Assembly (NCBI GenBank): GCA_016930175.1
Contig: JAFGHJ010000046.1
Span: 1,073-65,072 of the forward strand
Direction of reading: 5' to 3'
From: a candidate division WOR-3 bacterium
GTDB lineage: Bacteria > Hydrothermota > UBA3072
Length of the DNA stretch: 64,000 nucleotides
Below, in pieces: positions 37,764 through 48,528 of this stretch. Both the position numbers and the translations under genes were made by a program. How positions within the stretch are numbered: position 1 is the first letter of the stretch; each line of letters begins with the position of its first letter. The notes beneath the pieces were generated by a model that did no database searches, was not told the DNA's origin, and saw nothing but the letters and a program-made list of their open reading frames with translations.

Positions 37764-38591
37764 ATGAAGGAAGAAGTGTTCAGTATTTTATCGGAAAGCA
37801 AAAAATATATTTTAGATAAGGTTGATTTCGACAGTTTCGATTTTGGGATTATACTGGGATCCGGTCTCGGTGATGTCTCCGGAGAAATCAAAAATGCTGT
37901 AAAAATATCATATAAAGATATTCCAAATTTTCCGGTCTCTACAGTAAAAGGACATTCCGGAAACTTAATTTGCGGAAAAATTGAAAAGAAAAAAGTTTGT
38001 GTAATGAATGGTAGATTCCATTACTATGAAGGGTACGGAATGGATAAAGTAACCTATGGAGTAAAATTACTTTGTTCTTTAGGAATAAAAACTCTTATAG
38101 TATCTAATGCGGCTGGCGGCGTAAACCCCTTGTTTTCCAGAGGGGATATAATGATAATAACCGATCATATAAATTTATTTCCGGAACATCCTTTAAGGGG
38201 TCCAAACGACGAACGACTGGGGCCCAGGTTCGTAGACATGTACAATACTTACGATAAAGATTTAATAGATAAAACCGAAGATATCGCACTTAAAACAGGA
38301 ATAAAGGTCAGAAAAGGCATTTACCTCGGACTTCAGGGACCCACTTTTGAAACCGGAGCCGAATACAGGATGATTAAAATATTAGGTGCGGATGCGGTTG
38401 GCATGTCAACAGTACCTGAGGTTATAGTAGCAAAGTGGATGAAAACAAAAGTTCTCGGACTTTCAATAATCACTGATACCTGTTTACCTGATGCAATGGA
38501 ACCTGTCAGCCATGAAATTGTATTAAACGCGGCGAATAAAGCCGCCCCAAAACTTTCTAAGTTGATTGTTGAAGTTGTTAAAAAAATATAG
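37764..38591 (+). CDS. Purine nucleoside phosphorylase (PNP/MTAP family I)
   Basis: 275 aa with the motifs GIILGSGLG, GHSGNL, ITDHINL and GMSTVPEV typical of trimeric PNP/MTA phosphorylases. Confidence 0.88.
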   Translation: MKEEVFSILSESKKYILDKVDFDSFDFGIILGSGLGDVSGEIKNAVKISYKDIPNFPVSTVKGHSGNLICGKIEKKKVCVMNGRFHYYEGYGMDKVTYGVKLLCSLGIKTLIVSNAAGGVNPLFSRGDIMIITDHINLFPEHPLRGPNDERLGPRFVDMYNTYDKDLIDKTEDIALKTGIKVRKGIYLGLQGPTFETGAEYRMIKILGADAVGMSTVPEVIVAKWMKTKVLGLSIITDTCLPDAMEPVSHEIVLNAANKAAPKLSKLIVEVVKKI

Positions 38592-39450
38592 ACTTCATTT
38601 ATTCTTCGTATTATTCGCACTTATTGCAAGTTGCGAACGGCAAAGCAATTATAATAAGGCTTTCGAGTATTATCATTCGTTAAGACCAACGCGGGCATTG
38701 ATTCTACTGGAAAATTCGACTATTCCTAAAGAAATATACCTTCAAGGTGAAATTTATCTCAATTTGAACGATCCCAGAAGAGCATTAAAATCTTTTGAAA
38801 GACTAATTGATACAGATCCCAGGTGGAAAACGAAAGTACTAAAAAAATTATTACAAGCCGGAAATGAGTCATCGAAAAAAGGTAAAGATTTCATGGCTGT
38901 AATGATTTACTCAAAGATATTGGAATTTGAAGGGGAATTCGATTTACAAGAAAAAAACATATTAATGGGAAACTGGTTTTTCGATTCAGGAGATTATGAG
39001 CAAAGCATTGATTATTATATAAAAGGAATAAATTACGAACCCAGGAATGAAGATTTACGATTAAAATTAGCACGATGTTACATAAATACAAACGATTTGG
39101 TTTCTGCTTATGACGTTCTAAAAGAAGCAATTAAAGACCTCCCAGGCTGGCGATTAAGATATTGGTTAGGAAAAACAGCTTTTGATTTAGCAGAGAAAAG
39201 AATAAAAGAAGGAAACTACGATTCAGCTGAATTATACCTTAAAGAGTTGATCTCCCTTGGTATGCCCAAAGTATTGATTGATGACGCATACTTTTTAATG
39301 GGTGATATTAAACTAAGTCGAGAAGAATACACCGACGCAGCGAATTATTATAACAAAGTGTTAGATTTGAATAAATTTGCGAAACCAAAAATCAGAAGAG
39401 AAGCGGAAGAAGCTCTCGAAATTATTAAAAATATGGAGGATAACCCTTAA
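38566..39450 (+). CDS. TPR-repeat lipoprotein
   Basis: Lipoprotein signal (LFALIASC) and several TPR-like repeats. Confidence 0.65.
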   Translation: MLKLLKKYRLHLFFVLFALIASCERQSNYNKAFEYYHSLRPTRALILLENSTIPKEIYLQGEIYLNLNDPRRALKSFERLIDTDPRWKTKVLKKLLQAGNESSKKGKDFMAVMIYSKILEFEGEFDLQEKNILMGNWFFDSGDYEQSIDYYIKGINYEPRNEDLRLKLARCYINTNDLVSAYDVLKEAIKDLPGWRLRYWLGKTAFDLAEKRIKEGNYDSAELYLKELISLGMPKVLIDDAYFLMGDIKLSREEYTDAANYYNKVLDLNKFAKPKIRREAEEALEIIKNMEDNP

Positions 39451-40163
39451 TGAAAAAAATATATTTTATGATGATTTTCCTATTATTCTATTCCTGTTCA
39501 AAGAATAATAAACCCGAGATAACATCACCTGATGAAGAATACCAACAAATTGTTAAACTCTTTGAAGGAGGAAATTACGAAAAAACCATTAACTATCTTA
39601 CATATTTTTTTAATAGATATCCCGGAAGTCATTGGATCGATGACGCTCAGTTTTACTATGCTGAATCATATTACCAATTACAGAATTATATGGAAGCCAT
39701 TAACGAATTTCAATTTCTTCTCAATAATTTCCCCAATTCAACCTGGAGCGAACTCGGTCTCCTAAGGAAAGCTCAATGTTTGGAAGAAATGTCTCCATTA
39801 CCTCAAAGAGATCAAACTCTCACAAAAGAAGCTTTAGAAACTTACGAGGAATTTATCAGAAAATACCCATATTCAAAACACTTAGATGAAGCTAAAGAAA
39901 GTAAAAAAAGTGCGGAAGAAAAAATCAATCAAAAGCTAATTGAAATCGGAGAAACTTACATAAGAATGGGTATCGATAAGGCCGCAATCGTATACCTAAC
40001 AAAAGTCGCAGCGCAGAGTGAGAAATGGAAAGATAAGGCAAATTTATTACTCGGTGATATAGCATTTTCAAATGACAATGACTCCCTTGCAACTTTCTAT
40101 TATTTAAATGTAGAAGGTGATTTAAAAGAAAAAGCACAGGAAAAGTTAAAGAAAATAAATTGA
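39450..40163 (+). CDS. bamD: Outer-membrane protein assembly factor BamD-like TPR lipoprotein
   Basis: Lipobox LFYSC. A 237 aa TPR protein with FFNRYPGSHWIDDAQFYYAESYYQ and FIRKYPYSKHLDEA blocks typical of BamD/YfiO. Confidence 0.75.
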   Translation: MKKIYFMMIFLLFYSCSKNNKPEITSPDEEYQQIVKLFEGGNYEKTINYLTYFFNRYPGSHWIDDAQFYYAESYYQLQNYMEAINEFQFLLNNFPNSTWSELGLLRKAQCLEEMSPLPQRDQTLTKEALETYEEFIRKYPYSKHLDEAKESKKSAEEKINQKLIEIGETYIRMGIDKAAIVYLTKVAAQSEKWKDKANLLLGDIAFSNDNDSLATFYYLNVEGDLKEKAQEKLKKIN

Positions 40164-40717
40164 AAGGGATTTTTGGAGGAAATTTTAATCCTGTTCATAC
40201 AGGGCACTTAATACTAGCAGACGATGCCCTGAATTTATTGGCTCTCGATAAAATATTATTCGTTCCGGCATGGAAATCCCCATTTAAGAATGACATTGTT
40301 TCCATCCCATTTAAAGATAGATATAATATGTTGAGAGCAGCCACATCTAATAAAAACCGTTTCGAAGTACTGGATATAGAAGCAAAAAGAAAAGGGATCT
40401 CATACACTTATCATACTCTAAAAGAACTCTTAAGAAAAGAAAAAAAACTTTGCCTCCTTATAGGCGAAGACCAGGCAACAGATTTTAGAGAATGGTACAG
40501 ATGGAAAGAGATTCTAAAAATGGTGGATGTTTTTGTTTTCAAAAGAAGCAAAAAGAAACAGAAATACCCAAAGGAGTTGAAGGTCCTTAATTCAAGAATA
40601 ATAGAGATTTCCTCAACTGAAATACGGAATAAAATAACAAAAGGAGAACCTGTAGATTTTCTCGTAACTGAAGAAGTACTGAATTACATCAAGGAGCACA
40701 ACCTGTATATAAACTAA
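40160..40717 (+). CDS. nadD: Nicotinate-nucleotide adenylyltransferase (TTG start)
   Basis: GIFGGNFNPVHTGHL is the (H/T)xGH nucleotidyltransferase motif. 185 aa. Confidence 0.9.
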   Translation: MKGIFGGNFNPVHTGHLILADDALNLLALDKILFVPAWKSPFKNDIVSIPFKDRYNMLRAATSNKNRFEVLDIEAKRKGISYTYHTLKELLRKEKKLCLLIGEDQATDFREWYRWKEILKMVDVFVFKRSKKKQKYPKELKVLNSRIIEISSTEIRNKITKGEPVDFLVTEEVLNYIKEHNLYIN

Positions 40718-40721
40718 CGCT

Positions 40722-40836
40722 ATTGGCTTTTTGACGTTTGCCTTTAGCTTACGCTCCCCACCACCTAAATATTTTAGAATTCAGAACTAAATATACTAAG
40801 TATTCGAATTTTTTTTATGTTTCTAGCTAACAGCTA
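40722..40836 (+). repeat. Intergenic repeat related to the 8143-8215 element
   Basis: Contains GCTATTGGCTTTTTGACGTTTGCCTTTAGCTT and, at 40826-40836, the inverted GCTGTTAGCTA motif. Confidence 0.4.
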
Positions 40837-40850
40837 AAAGCTATTTTAAT

Positions 40851-42854
40851 TTATTTTCTTTTCTCTATCTTACCCGCGTATTCGAGTATAAGTTCTCCGG
40901 TGCCCGGTGAAACGGTATAAATATTACAGATAAGAAGATCACCTATGAAAAATTTATTGTACCTTCCTGAGAGAGAACGGTCTCTTATTTTATAATCGTC
41001 ATTAGGCAGAATTCTTATTGGAACAAACCCTGTTACCAGAAAATCATCAAGCTCCACCCAGATTCCATCAGTACCAATATTTGTTACCATTCCCCTGAAT
41101 TCCTTGTTCGTATTTTCTTCCAGATAACGCATTATAAAAAACTTTGTTATTTCTTTCTCAGCTGAGTCAGATTTCCATTCCTGTTCAGTTGAATGATCGG
41201 CAATCGATTTCAATTCTTCCCGTGCATAGTTTTCACCGAAGAGTAACCTATGAACGATGATATCGGGGTACCTTCTTATCGGAGATGTAAAATGCGTATA
41301 TATTTTCGAACCCAAACCATAATGCGGTTCAGGTTTAGCTATATATCTAGCTTTTTTCATACATCTTAATAATTCATAGTTGAGAATCCTTCTGTAAGTG
41401 GAATTTTTGACTTCATCGAGAAAAAAAGATAAATCCTTTCTCTTAATTGAAGGCAATTTGAACCCAAGGCCTTCTACGAGTATTTTAAACTGTTCTAACT
41501 CATTTCTCTCCGGTTCTTCATGAATTCTATAAATTCCAGGAATTTTTTTGCTTTCTAATTCCCTGGCCACCGATTCATTTGCAGCTAACATGAATTGTTC
41601 TATAATTCTGTGCGCCCAGAGTTCTCTAACAGGATAAATTGCCGTTGGCCGAAAATCCTTAATTTCGACTTTGACCTCTTCTCTAAAAAAATCAAGATAA
41701 CCTTCATTTCTTCTTTTCTCAGAAAGAATTTTTGCTAGTTCGGAAGCGACTAAAAGTTGGGATTTAAAGGGCGAACTAACTTTACCGTCAAGAATCTCCT
41801 GAACCTCGGTATAAGAAAATTTTTTGTCTGACTTGATTTTTGACTTACAAAACTCCTTTCCAAGTATATTGCCCCTTCTATCAAATTTAATATAAACAGT
41901 AACTGCCGGCGACTCTTTTTTTTCTTCAAGGCTTAATGACTTGGTAATTTCCTTAGGCAACATGAAGTAAGTTTCATTAGGGAGGTAGGTTGTACAGCCA
42001 CGTCTTTTCGCTTCTTCATCAATTGCCGAATTCCGCCCGACCGCCCCGGAAACATCTGCAATATGAACCCACAGATGAAAAAATTTTACATCTTTCCCCA
42101 CCGAAATTGCATCATCAATATCCTTCGCATCAGAAGGATCTATAGTAAAAGTCATTAAGGAGGTAAGATTCTTTCTTCCTTTAAGCGAAGGTGGAGAAAA
42201 GTTTTTAACCTCAGCTAATGCTTTATTTGAAAATCTATGTTTCAAATTATACTCCTGCTTTACAAGAATATTATATAAATTATCCTCACTAATCTTTTTG
42301 GAAAATTTTGCAAGAGGAGGAAGAACAGGTGTAGACCATTTGACAAATTCTGCAAGTATAAAATCTCCTTCTTTTACTTTATGAGAATCTTCAAGTTCAA
42401 AGTAATGAGGAATATTCTTATCTTGAGGTTGAAACATTAGTCTGCCTTCGAAGAGAATAACCTTTCCAACGAAGTATTCTCGTGAACGTTCGATTACCTC
42501 TTCAATCCTCGCCTTTAATCTACCTTTCGATCTTCTTGTTATTTTCGCTAATACCAGATCTCCGTTTAAAGCCGTAAAAGTGTCATTAGGAGGAATAAAA
42601 AGATCTTTCATGCCTGAAGACGGCATTAAAAAACCATACCCCTCCCTCTTTCCGTCAAAGATTCCTCTTATGTATCCTACATTAGCCGGGAGAGCAAATT
42701 TTTTACCTTTTGAAATTATTTTTCCTTCTTTTTCAAGTTTTTTTAATAAAGGCTTAATATGCTTACCGCATTTTTTTTTGAGAATTTTTATGTTCAAATA
42801 AGCAGTGGGACTGTTTTTTAGTGCATCAAAAATGCATTGAATTTCTTTATTCAT
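40851..42854 (-). CDS. rnr: Ribonuclease R (RNB family 3'-5' exoribonuclease with C-terminal S1 domain)
   Basis: 667 aa with cold-shock-like N-domains, an RNB catalytic core (FTSPIRRYPDIIVHRLL) and a C-terminal S1 domain. Confidence 0.9.
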   Translation of the reverse strand: MNKEIQCIFDALKNSPTAYLNIKILKKKCGKHIKPLLKKLEKEGKIISKGKKFALPANVGYIRGIFDGKREGYGFLMPSSGMKDLFIPPNDTFTALNGDLVLAKITRRSKGRLKARIEEVIERSREYFVGKVILFEGRLMFQPQDKNIPHYFELEDSHKVKEGDFILAEFVKWSTPVLPPLAKFSKKISEDNLYNILVKQEYNLKHRFSNKALAEVKNFSPPSLKGRKNLTSLMTFTIDPSDAKDIDDAISVGKDVKFFHLWVHIADVSGAVGRNSAIDEEAKRRGCTTYLPNETYFMLPKEITKSLSLEEKKESPAVTVYIKFDRRGNILGKEFCKSKIKSDKKFSYTEVQEILDGKVSSPFKSQLLVASELAKILSEKRRNEGYLDFFREEVKVEIKDFRPTAIYPVRELWAHRIIEQFMLAANESVARELESKKIPGIYRIHEEPERNELEQFKILVEGLGFKLPSIKRKDLSFFLDEVKNSTYRRILNYELLRCMKKARYIAKPEPHYGLGSKIYTHFTSPIRRYPDIIVHRLLFGENYAREELKSIADHSTEQEWKSDSAEKEITKFFIMRYLEENTNKEFRGMVTNIGTDGIWVELDDFLVTGFVPIRILPNDDYKIRDRSLSGRYNKFFIGDLLICNIYTVSPGTGELILEYAGKIEKRK

Positions 42855-42869
42855 ATAAATTTTCAGAAT

Positions 42870-44291
42870 TCAAAAAAATTTTTCTTTTTTTCTTTTTGCC
42901 TTGGGCAGAATTCCCATCTGATTTCTATATTTGGCAACAGTGCGTCTAGTAATATTAATACCTTCCTTCTCCAATTCTTTTTTTATCTCTATATCCGACA
43001 ATTTTTCACTCCCCTCTGCTTCTATCATCCTCCTGATCTTCTCCCTAATAGTATTTGTAGAAATATTTTGTTCCCTTCCTTTAACTCCTCCGCTCAAGAG
43101 ATGTTTTATATGAAAAACCCCTTTTGGACTTTGAACATATGTGTCTTTTATGTATCTGGAAATCGTTGATTCTGATAAATTAGTCGTTCTAGCAATTTTT
43201 TTAAGTGTAAGTGGGTTCATGTGCATTACACCTTTATTGAAAAAATCTTTCTGGAAATTTATTATATACTCCATTACTTTTCTAAAGTTCTTTCTTCGCA
43301 TTTCCAATGATTGGAGAATAAATTTTGCTCTTTCCATCCATTTTTCAACAAATTTAACTGTCTTTTTGTCATAATTTTTTGGAGCCTGTAAAACTCTTAG
43401 ATAATTTGTGTTTATACGAAAGAAAGGGAGTTCCGGCTCATTTATAGAAATTTTAAGCTCTTCTCCGTTCTTCTCAACTATAACGGAAGGGGTAATATAT
43501 TCAACTTTTCCAAAGTCTTTTCCCGTAGGACGCGGATTGATTTTTTGAATATTTTCTATTGCTTTATTAATCTTCTCCGGATCCATATTCAACTCATAAG
43601 AAATCTTCCCTATTTCTCTTCTCTTGTATTCTTCCCAAAAATCATTAACAATTTTGAGTTCCAACTCCGACTTTTCAGGCGATCTTTCCAGATGTATTTT
43701 TATTGATTCTCGGACATTTCTAGCAGCAATTCCGGGCGGAGCACATTCTTGAATAATTTTAAGTGTTGCTTCTATTTTATCTACCGGAATACCGAAAAAC
43801 TCAGCAATTGTAGGTAAGGGTGTATCCAAGAATCCTTCATCGGTAAGTGAATCTATCATGTACTCTCCAACTTCAATCAATTTCTCATCGGATAATTCCA
43901 TCCTTAGTTCTGTCTTCAGTTGCTCGGGAAGAGTCAAAGTATAAGGTATTTGCTTTCTTTCAACTTCGTCTAAATCTGAAGGGACAAAGTAGGTCGGGAA
44001 ATCCTCTGTAAAAAAATCCTTGAGTTCTTTATTTAAAAGATCTTCTTCTTTTTCTTTTTCCTCTTCTTCAAAAGAAGCAGATTCCGGCGATTCAGAAGGC
44101 TCGGACGATTCATCATCTTCAGCTAAACTTAACATAGGATTGGCTTCGATCTCCTGATAAATTATGTTCTTTAGCTCAAGACGCGGACATTGAGTAACTC
44201 TTATCATGAGAACCTGAAGGGGACTCATCTTTTGTTCGAGCTTGAGACTTTGCTGTAGTTTTTGTATTGATGAAATTCTTCTGCTCTCCAT
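42870..44291 (-). CDS. rpoN: RNA polymerase sigma-54 factor
   Basis: Region I (LQQSLKLEQKMSPLQ), core-binding region, the HTH (ARTTNLSESTISRYIKD) and the RpoN box ARRTVAKYR. Confidence 0.92.
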   Translation of the reverse strand: MESRRISSIQKLQQSLKLEQKMSPLQVLMIRVTQCPRLELKNIIYQEIEANPMLSLAEDDESSEPSESPESASFEEEEKEKEEDLLNKELKDFFTEDFPTYFVPSDLDEVERKQIPYTLTLPEQLKTELRMELSDEKLIEVGEYMIDSLTDEGFLDTPLPTIAEFFGIPVDKIEATLKIIQECAPPGIAARNVRESIKIHLERSPEKSELELKIVNDFWEEYKRREIGKISYELNMDPEKINKAIENIQKINPRPTGKDFGKVEYITPSVIVEKNGEELKISINEPELPFFRINTNYLRVLQAPKNYDKKTVKFVEKWMERAKFILQSLEMRRKNFRKVMEYIINFQKDFFNKGVMHMNPLTLKKIARTTNLSESTISRYIKDTYVQSPKGVFHIKHLLSGGVKGREQNISTNTIREKIRRMIEAEGSEKLSDIEIKKELEKEGINITRRTVAKYRNQMGILPKAKRKKEKFF

Positions 44292-44295
44292 AATT

Positions 44296-45015
44296 TTAGA
44301 GTTTAAATTTCTGTCCCAGATACAGTTTTTTTGCTGTTTTGTTAGAAATCAAATCGCCTGCTTTACCTTTTAATATTATTCTACCATCAAACATCAAGTA
44401 TGCTCTATCGGTAATTTGCAATGTTTCTCGTACATTGTGGTCAGTTATCAATATTCCTATATTCTTCTTCTTAAGAACCAAAACCATCTCCTGGAGTTCT
44501 TCTCTGGTTATTGGATCAATGCCCGTAAAAGGTTCATCTAATAATAAAAATTTAGGATTCGATGTGAGGGCTCTGGCTATCTCAACCCTTCTTCTCTCTC
44601 CTCCGGAGAGTTTATTTGCATTCCTCTGAAGTAAAGAAGACAGCTTAAATTCCTTCACCAACTCTTTAAATCTTTTTTCTCTTTCTTTGGTATCCGTGAT
44701 TAATATTTCAAGCATAGCCATGAGATTATTTTCCACTGAAAGCCCTCTAAAAATAGAAGCCTCTTGTGGTAAATAGCCTATTCCCAATTTAGCTCTTTTA
44801 TGCATTGGTTTCTTAGTAATCTCTTCGCTATCCAAATAAATATCACCCGATTCAGGTTTAATAAATCCGGTTATCATATAGAAAGTAGTCGTTTTCCCCG
44901 CTCCGTTCGGACCTAACAACCCAACAATTTCGCCCTCTTCTATTTCTATTTTAACCTGATCGACTACTGTTTTTCTATTGTATTTTTTAATTAGATTTTC
45001 CGCCCTGAGTTTCAT
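44296..45015 (-). CDS. lptB: LPS export ABC transporter ATP-binding protein LptB
   Basis: Walker A GPNGAGKTT, ABC signature LSGGERRRV and Walker B LLLDEP. Conserved position next to rpoN. Start taken at MKLRAENLIKKY, which matches the LptB N-terminus. Confidence 0.9.
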   Translation of the reverse strand: MKLRAENLIKKYNRKTVVDQVKIEIEEGEIVGLLGPNGAGKTTTFYMITGFIKPESGDIYLDSEEITKKPMHKRAKLGIGYLPQEASIFRGLSVENNLMAMLEILITDTKEREKRFKELVKEFKLSSLLQRNANKLSGGERRRVEIARALTSNPKFLLLDEPFTGIDPITREELQEMVLVLKKKNIGILITDHNVRETLQITDRAYLMFDGRIILKGKAGDLISNKTAKKLYLGQKFKL

Positions 45016-45826
45016 TTTTTGCAAAGCTACCTCTCGATTTACCTTTAACTAAAACACTATCTATGGTATCTTCATCATAGTAAATATTAATGGTATCTCC
45101 CCAGACTATATTTCTCCCATCTTCAGTGTATGTTATAACTCTTCCGTTTAAAGACTTCATAATATTCGCTTTATGGTCTACAAAAATCATATCACCAGTT
45201 ATAGAGTCCCGTTCTTCTAATATGAACGGTTCATCAAGTAGAGTAGAAATTTCATTTTTACAATTGTGGATTAACCGCCCTGAATTCCCTAATATATTTG
45301 AAGTTTCGAATTTCACGTCTGATAAAAATTTATAGATAGAATCCCTTACTATATATACAGTATAATCTGATTTGACTCTGATTTCAGGAGATTTGAATTC
45401 CGGAGAACCTCTTATTACAACGGAATCCTCAAAAAAATCTGCCGATTCCCCTTTTATCAAAACAGAATCGGAAATAAATATCAAATTTCCAATTAATTTC
45501 CCTTCCTCTTTTTCTCTGAAAAAAATCAGAGAATCGCCTATCAAAGTATCTTCTTTCCATATTTTCACATTTCCACTTCCAAAGACAATTTTATATGGCA
45601 CCTTATAATTCAAATAATCCGCGCTTAAGGAAAATTTTTTACCCTTAAGGAAGACACTGTCTTTTAACATTATGGAAGCATCTGTTTGAACTGCTTGCTT
45701 TGCAGTTATATAAAGGTTTTCAGAATAAATCTCTATTCCGTTTTTAAAAATATTTTTATTTCTATCAACAATCTCCATCGATCCCGAGCGGATTTCATAA
45801 GGCACCATTAACAATAAAAGAATCAT
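44987..45826 (-). CDS. lptA: OstA/LptA-like periplasmic LPS-transport protein
   Basis: Repeated beta-jellyroll OstA-N-type segments. Lies between the lptC-like gene and lptB. Confidence 0.65.
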   Translation of the reverse strand: MILLLLMVPYEIRSGSMEIVDRNKNIFKNGIEIYSENLYITAKQAVQTDASIMLKDSVFLKGKKFSLSADYLNYKVPYKIVFGSGNVKIWKEDTLIGDSLIFFREKEEGKLIGNLIFISDSVLIKGESADFFEDSVVIRGSPEFKSPEIRVKSDYTVYIVRDSIYKFLSDVKFETSNILGNSGRLIHNCKNEISTLLDEPFILEERDSITGDMIFVDHKANIMKSLNGRVITYTEDGRNIVWGDTINIYYDEDTIDSVLVKGKSRGSFAKNETQGGKSN

Positions 45827-46320
45827 TCAAATTCACCTTTCCCTGAAAACTTTTCTTTTATAACTATATGCTTTAAACTCGGATCGGATTCAAGTCCTTT
45901 ACCGCGATATACCTGTTTATCTTTAGAATATTTTACTTCGCCATCCGTAAATATCTTTTGCTTTTCTTCAGACCAGTTCAACTCATCCGTCCATAAAGTC
46001 ACTGAATCGCTTGACTTAATTACGATGTTGCCAACTGCCTTTAAATCATTAGTTTTGCGAATAACATATCCGCTGTCGGCTTTTAATTTAGAAGAATGCT
46101 CTGAATTTTCGTCAAAAAAATCCAACTCCAACTGATGTATAACAGTTGTATCAGATATTTTTGCATCCTTGGCAGTCAATTTCCACATAAGCCGGCTTCC
46201 CTTATAATTTTTGAGAATAAAAGAAGTAAGACTTTCCTCCTTTATCTCAAACTCTGCTGCACTCTGCTTTTCACAGGATACAAAAACAATTGCTAACATT
46301 AATATCAACATCTTTATCAT
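45823..46320 (-). CDS. lptC: LptC-like membrane-anchored protein
   Basis: N-terminal anchor (MLAIVFVSC), size 165 aa and position upstream of lptA-lptB. Confidence 0.55.
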   Translation of the reverse strand: MIKMLILMLAIVFVSCEKQSAAEFEIKEESLTSFILKNYKGSRLMWKLTAKDAKISDTTVIHQLELDFFDENSEHSSKLKADSGYVIRKTNDLKAVGNIVIKSSDSVTLWTDELNWSEEKQKIFTDGEVKYSKDKQVYRGKGLESDPSLKHIVIKEKFSGKGEFE

Positions 46321-46458
46321 AATATAATTATAAGATTCTTAAGATAAAAGTCAACATAAGTTGTTGCAATAATTCAATTTTTCGAGGAGAATAAAACAGA
46401 TAGAACCCAGCGAAAAATCAAAGAGAAAAAATTTTAAACTTTAGACAAATAAATTAAC

Positions 46459-47580
46459 TTGACATTTAACACATATCCACATATAATCATTTTATATATG
46501 GAGGTTTATGTGAGATCATTAAAATTATATATTATTATTTCACTTTTTGTTATTTTCTTTAATCTATCAGCTCAAATCGTAATCGAATCGGATGAGATAC
46601 CGCATGAGGTCGGTATTCATTGGATAAAAAACAGTTCAATAGAAGTTAACGTTAATCTCGGAACAACAGGTGGACCTCAAACCTGGGATTTTACATCTCA
46701 ACCTATGGGCGCTGAAAACAGTTATCTCACAATTGTTGATCCTGCTTCCAGTCCTTATATAGACTCACTTCCAAGCGCAAATCTTGTTTACCGGTCACCT
46801 TCAGATTCTGATACTGTTTACCAGTATTATAATCGCAATTCTGATTTTTTAATAATGTTGGGTATGGGAGGAATATCCACCACTACACCTTTCTTCTGGA
46901 GATACGAACCAACAGATTCAATCCCATCCCCTCAAAGCTATGGAAATTCACATAGATTCAGATATGGATTTACTGAAACGATAAGTCCAGGCAATTATAT
47001 GGAATATTTCCATTATGGTATTCAGAAATATGATGCCTTCGGAACCGTTAATATACCTTATGGCATTTATGAATGCCTGCGTATTCGCACTTACGATACC
47101 TGTGCTATGATAATGTATTTTAGCGATATTCCAATTCTTTACGATACGACAACTTATATAAATTACCAATTCGTGGCAGAAAATTATGCAGCCGTAGTCT
47201 GTGTTAAGAGTCATCCAGACGAAATAGACACAAATTATTCTGAAGCCTATATACTTGAGAGACTAACATCATTTACGAGTGGCATTAAAGAACACGGCAA
47301 ACCAACAGATATAGAATGCACGCACTATCCACAGATATTTTCAGACTATACTACAATACAATATTCTTTACCGGAAACGTATAATATAGAGTTAACAGTA
47401 CATGACCTAACAGGAAGAACTGTAAGAAAACTGGTTAAAAATACCCAAGAGAAAGGGAATTATTTATGTAAATGGTACGGAAATAATGACGCCGGCAAAA
47501 AACTCTCCAGTGGAATATATTTTTACCGATTAAAAGTTGGAAACAATAAATTTACTAATAAGGTCTTATTAATACGGTAA
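46459..47580 (+). CDS. Secreted protein of unknown function with a type IX secretion C-terminal sorting domain
   Basis: Signal peptide and C-terminal YSLPETYNIELTVHDLTGRTVRKLV...SGIYFYRLKVGNNKFTNKVLLIR (Por_Secre_tail pattern). Confidence 0.7.
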   Translation: MTFNTYPHIIILYMEVYVRSLKLYIIISLFVIFFNLSAQIVIESDEIPHEVGIHWIKNSSIEVNVNLGTTGGPQTWDFTSQPMGAENSYLTIVDPASSPYIDSLPSANLVYRSPSDSDTVYQYYNRNSDFLIMLGMGGISTTTPFFWRYEPTDSIPSPQSYGNSHRFRYGFTETISPGNYMEYFHYGIQKYDAFGTVNIPYGIYECLRIRTYDTCAMIMYFSDIPILYDTTTYINYQFVAENYAAVVCVKSHPDEIDTNYSEAYILERLTSFTSGIKEHGKPTDIECTHYPQIFSDYTTIQYSLPETYNIELTVHDLTGRTVRKLVKNTQEKGNYLCKWYGNNDAGKKLSSGIYFYRLKVGNNKFTNKVLLIR

Positions 47581-47712
47581 TTTGTAAATACACTGAGATT
47601 TTTTATTGTTTGAAATCAAACTCGCAACACACAATAGATCTCACAAAAAGAGTACAACGTTTTCTTTAGTACAGCCTCAAGACTAGTAACTTGTAGCTTT
47701 TAATGCTAACTT

Positions 47713-48387
47713 TTAAAATAACGTGATATCTAAAGAGTAAACGGAATCCAAATTTAAAGTTCTTTTATTAATTATTATCTTTTTGACATTTAATTTCTTA
47801 AGAGAGTTATACATTACATTCTTATTAAAAAATATTGAATAAAGATAACCCTGATAATTTTGCTGTAATGCCATCTCATGCGCCCAATATAATTCTGATT
47901 GTTGCAGGAACCACGTAACCTCCTTTTGATATTCAGAATCAGGTTCAATATATGAAATAGGTATGAAAGCAATATACAGTTCACATTCATCTATATCTCT
48001 CTTTTTTAATTTCAATTTTTCCCGTATCAGATTTTCAAAATTCACGTAGAAACTATCATCTAATGGTATCTCCGCTTCAGCAAATAAATCCCATTCATCA
48101 TTTTTTTCTCTACTAAAAGTCATTATAACATTATTTGCGTTTTCATCTAAAAAGTAATCTATCCATATAAGATCATTTCTCTTAGATAGGATTTCATAAT
48201 TACATCTGATCAATAATACTATATCAACGCCTTCAGCACCATACAATGAAGGTATTTTATCCTGCCATGTCCAGTTCATTTGAAGCTTAAAATTATTAAT
48301 AAGGAAAGTCATCCCATCGCCCGAACTGCCGAGAACCGGAAGAACATAAATAACAATCGTTATTAAAATTACAATTATTTTTTTCAT
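47713..48387 (-). CDS. Hypothetical secreted protein
   Basis: 224 aa ORF with an N-terminal signal peptide. No family recognised. Confidence 0.45.
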   Translation of the reverse strand: MKKIIVILITIVIYVLPVLGSSGDGMTFLINNFKLQMNWTWQDKIPSLYGAEGVDIVLLIRCNYEILSKRNDLIWIDYFLDENANNVIMTFSREKNDEWDLFAEAEIPLDDSFYVNFENLIREKLKLKKRDIDECELYIAFIPISYIEPDSEYQKEVTWFLQQSELYWAHEMALQQNYQGYLYSIFFNKNVMYNSLKKLNVKKIIINKRTLNLDSVYSLDITLF

Positions 48388-48528
48388 ATTTTATTCACAC
48401 TGAATTGTAAATTTTCCCGTGAATTTGTCAAGAATATATCCATAGGAGGTTAGCACATAGAAAAAACAATAATTCCCGTGTTCTCTGTGTATTTTACATA
48501 TCTCTGTGTCATCTGTGGTATTTTTTGA

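Noticed and set aside
40160-40163. Suspicion that NadD lacks a start codon
   Set aside because: A TTG at 40160 fits the conserved N-terminus (KGIFGGNFNPVH), so this is ordinary alternative initiation.
42837-43374. Plus-strand ORFs of 110, 60 and 77 aa
   Set aside because: Antisense within rpoN.
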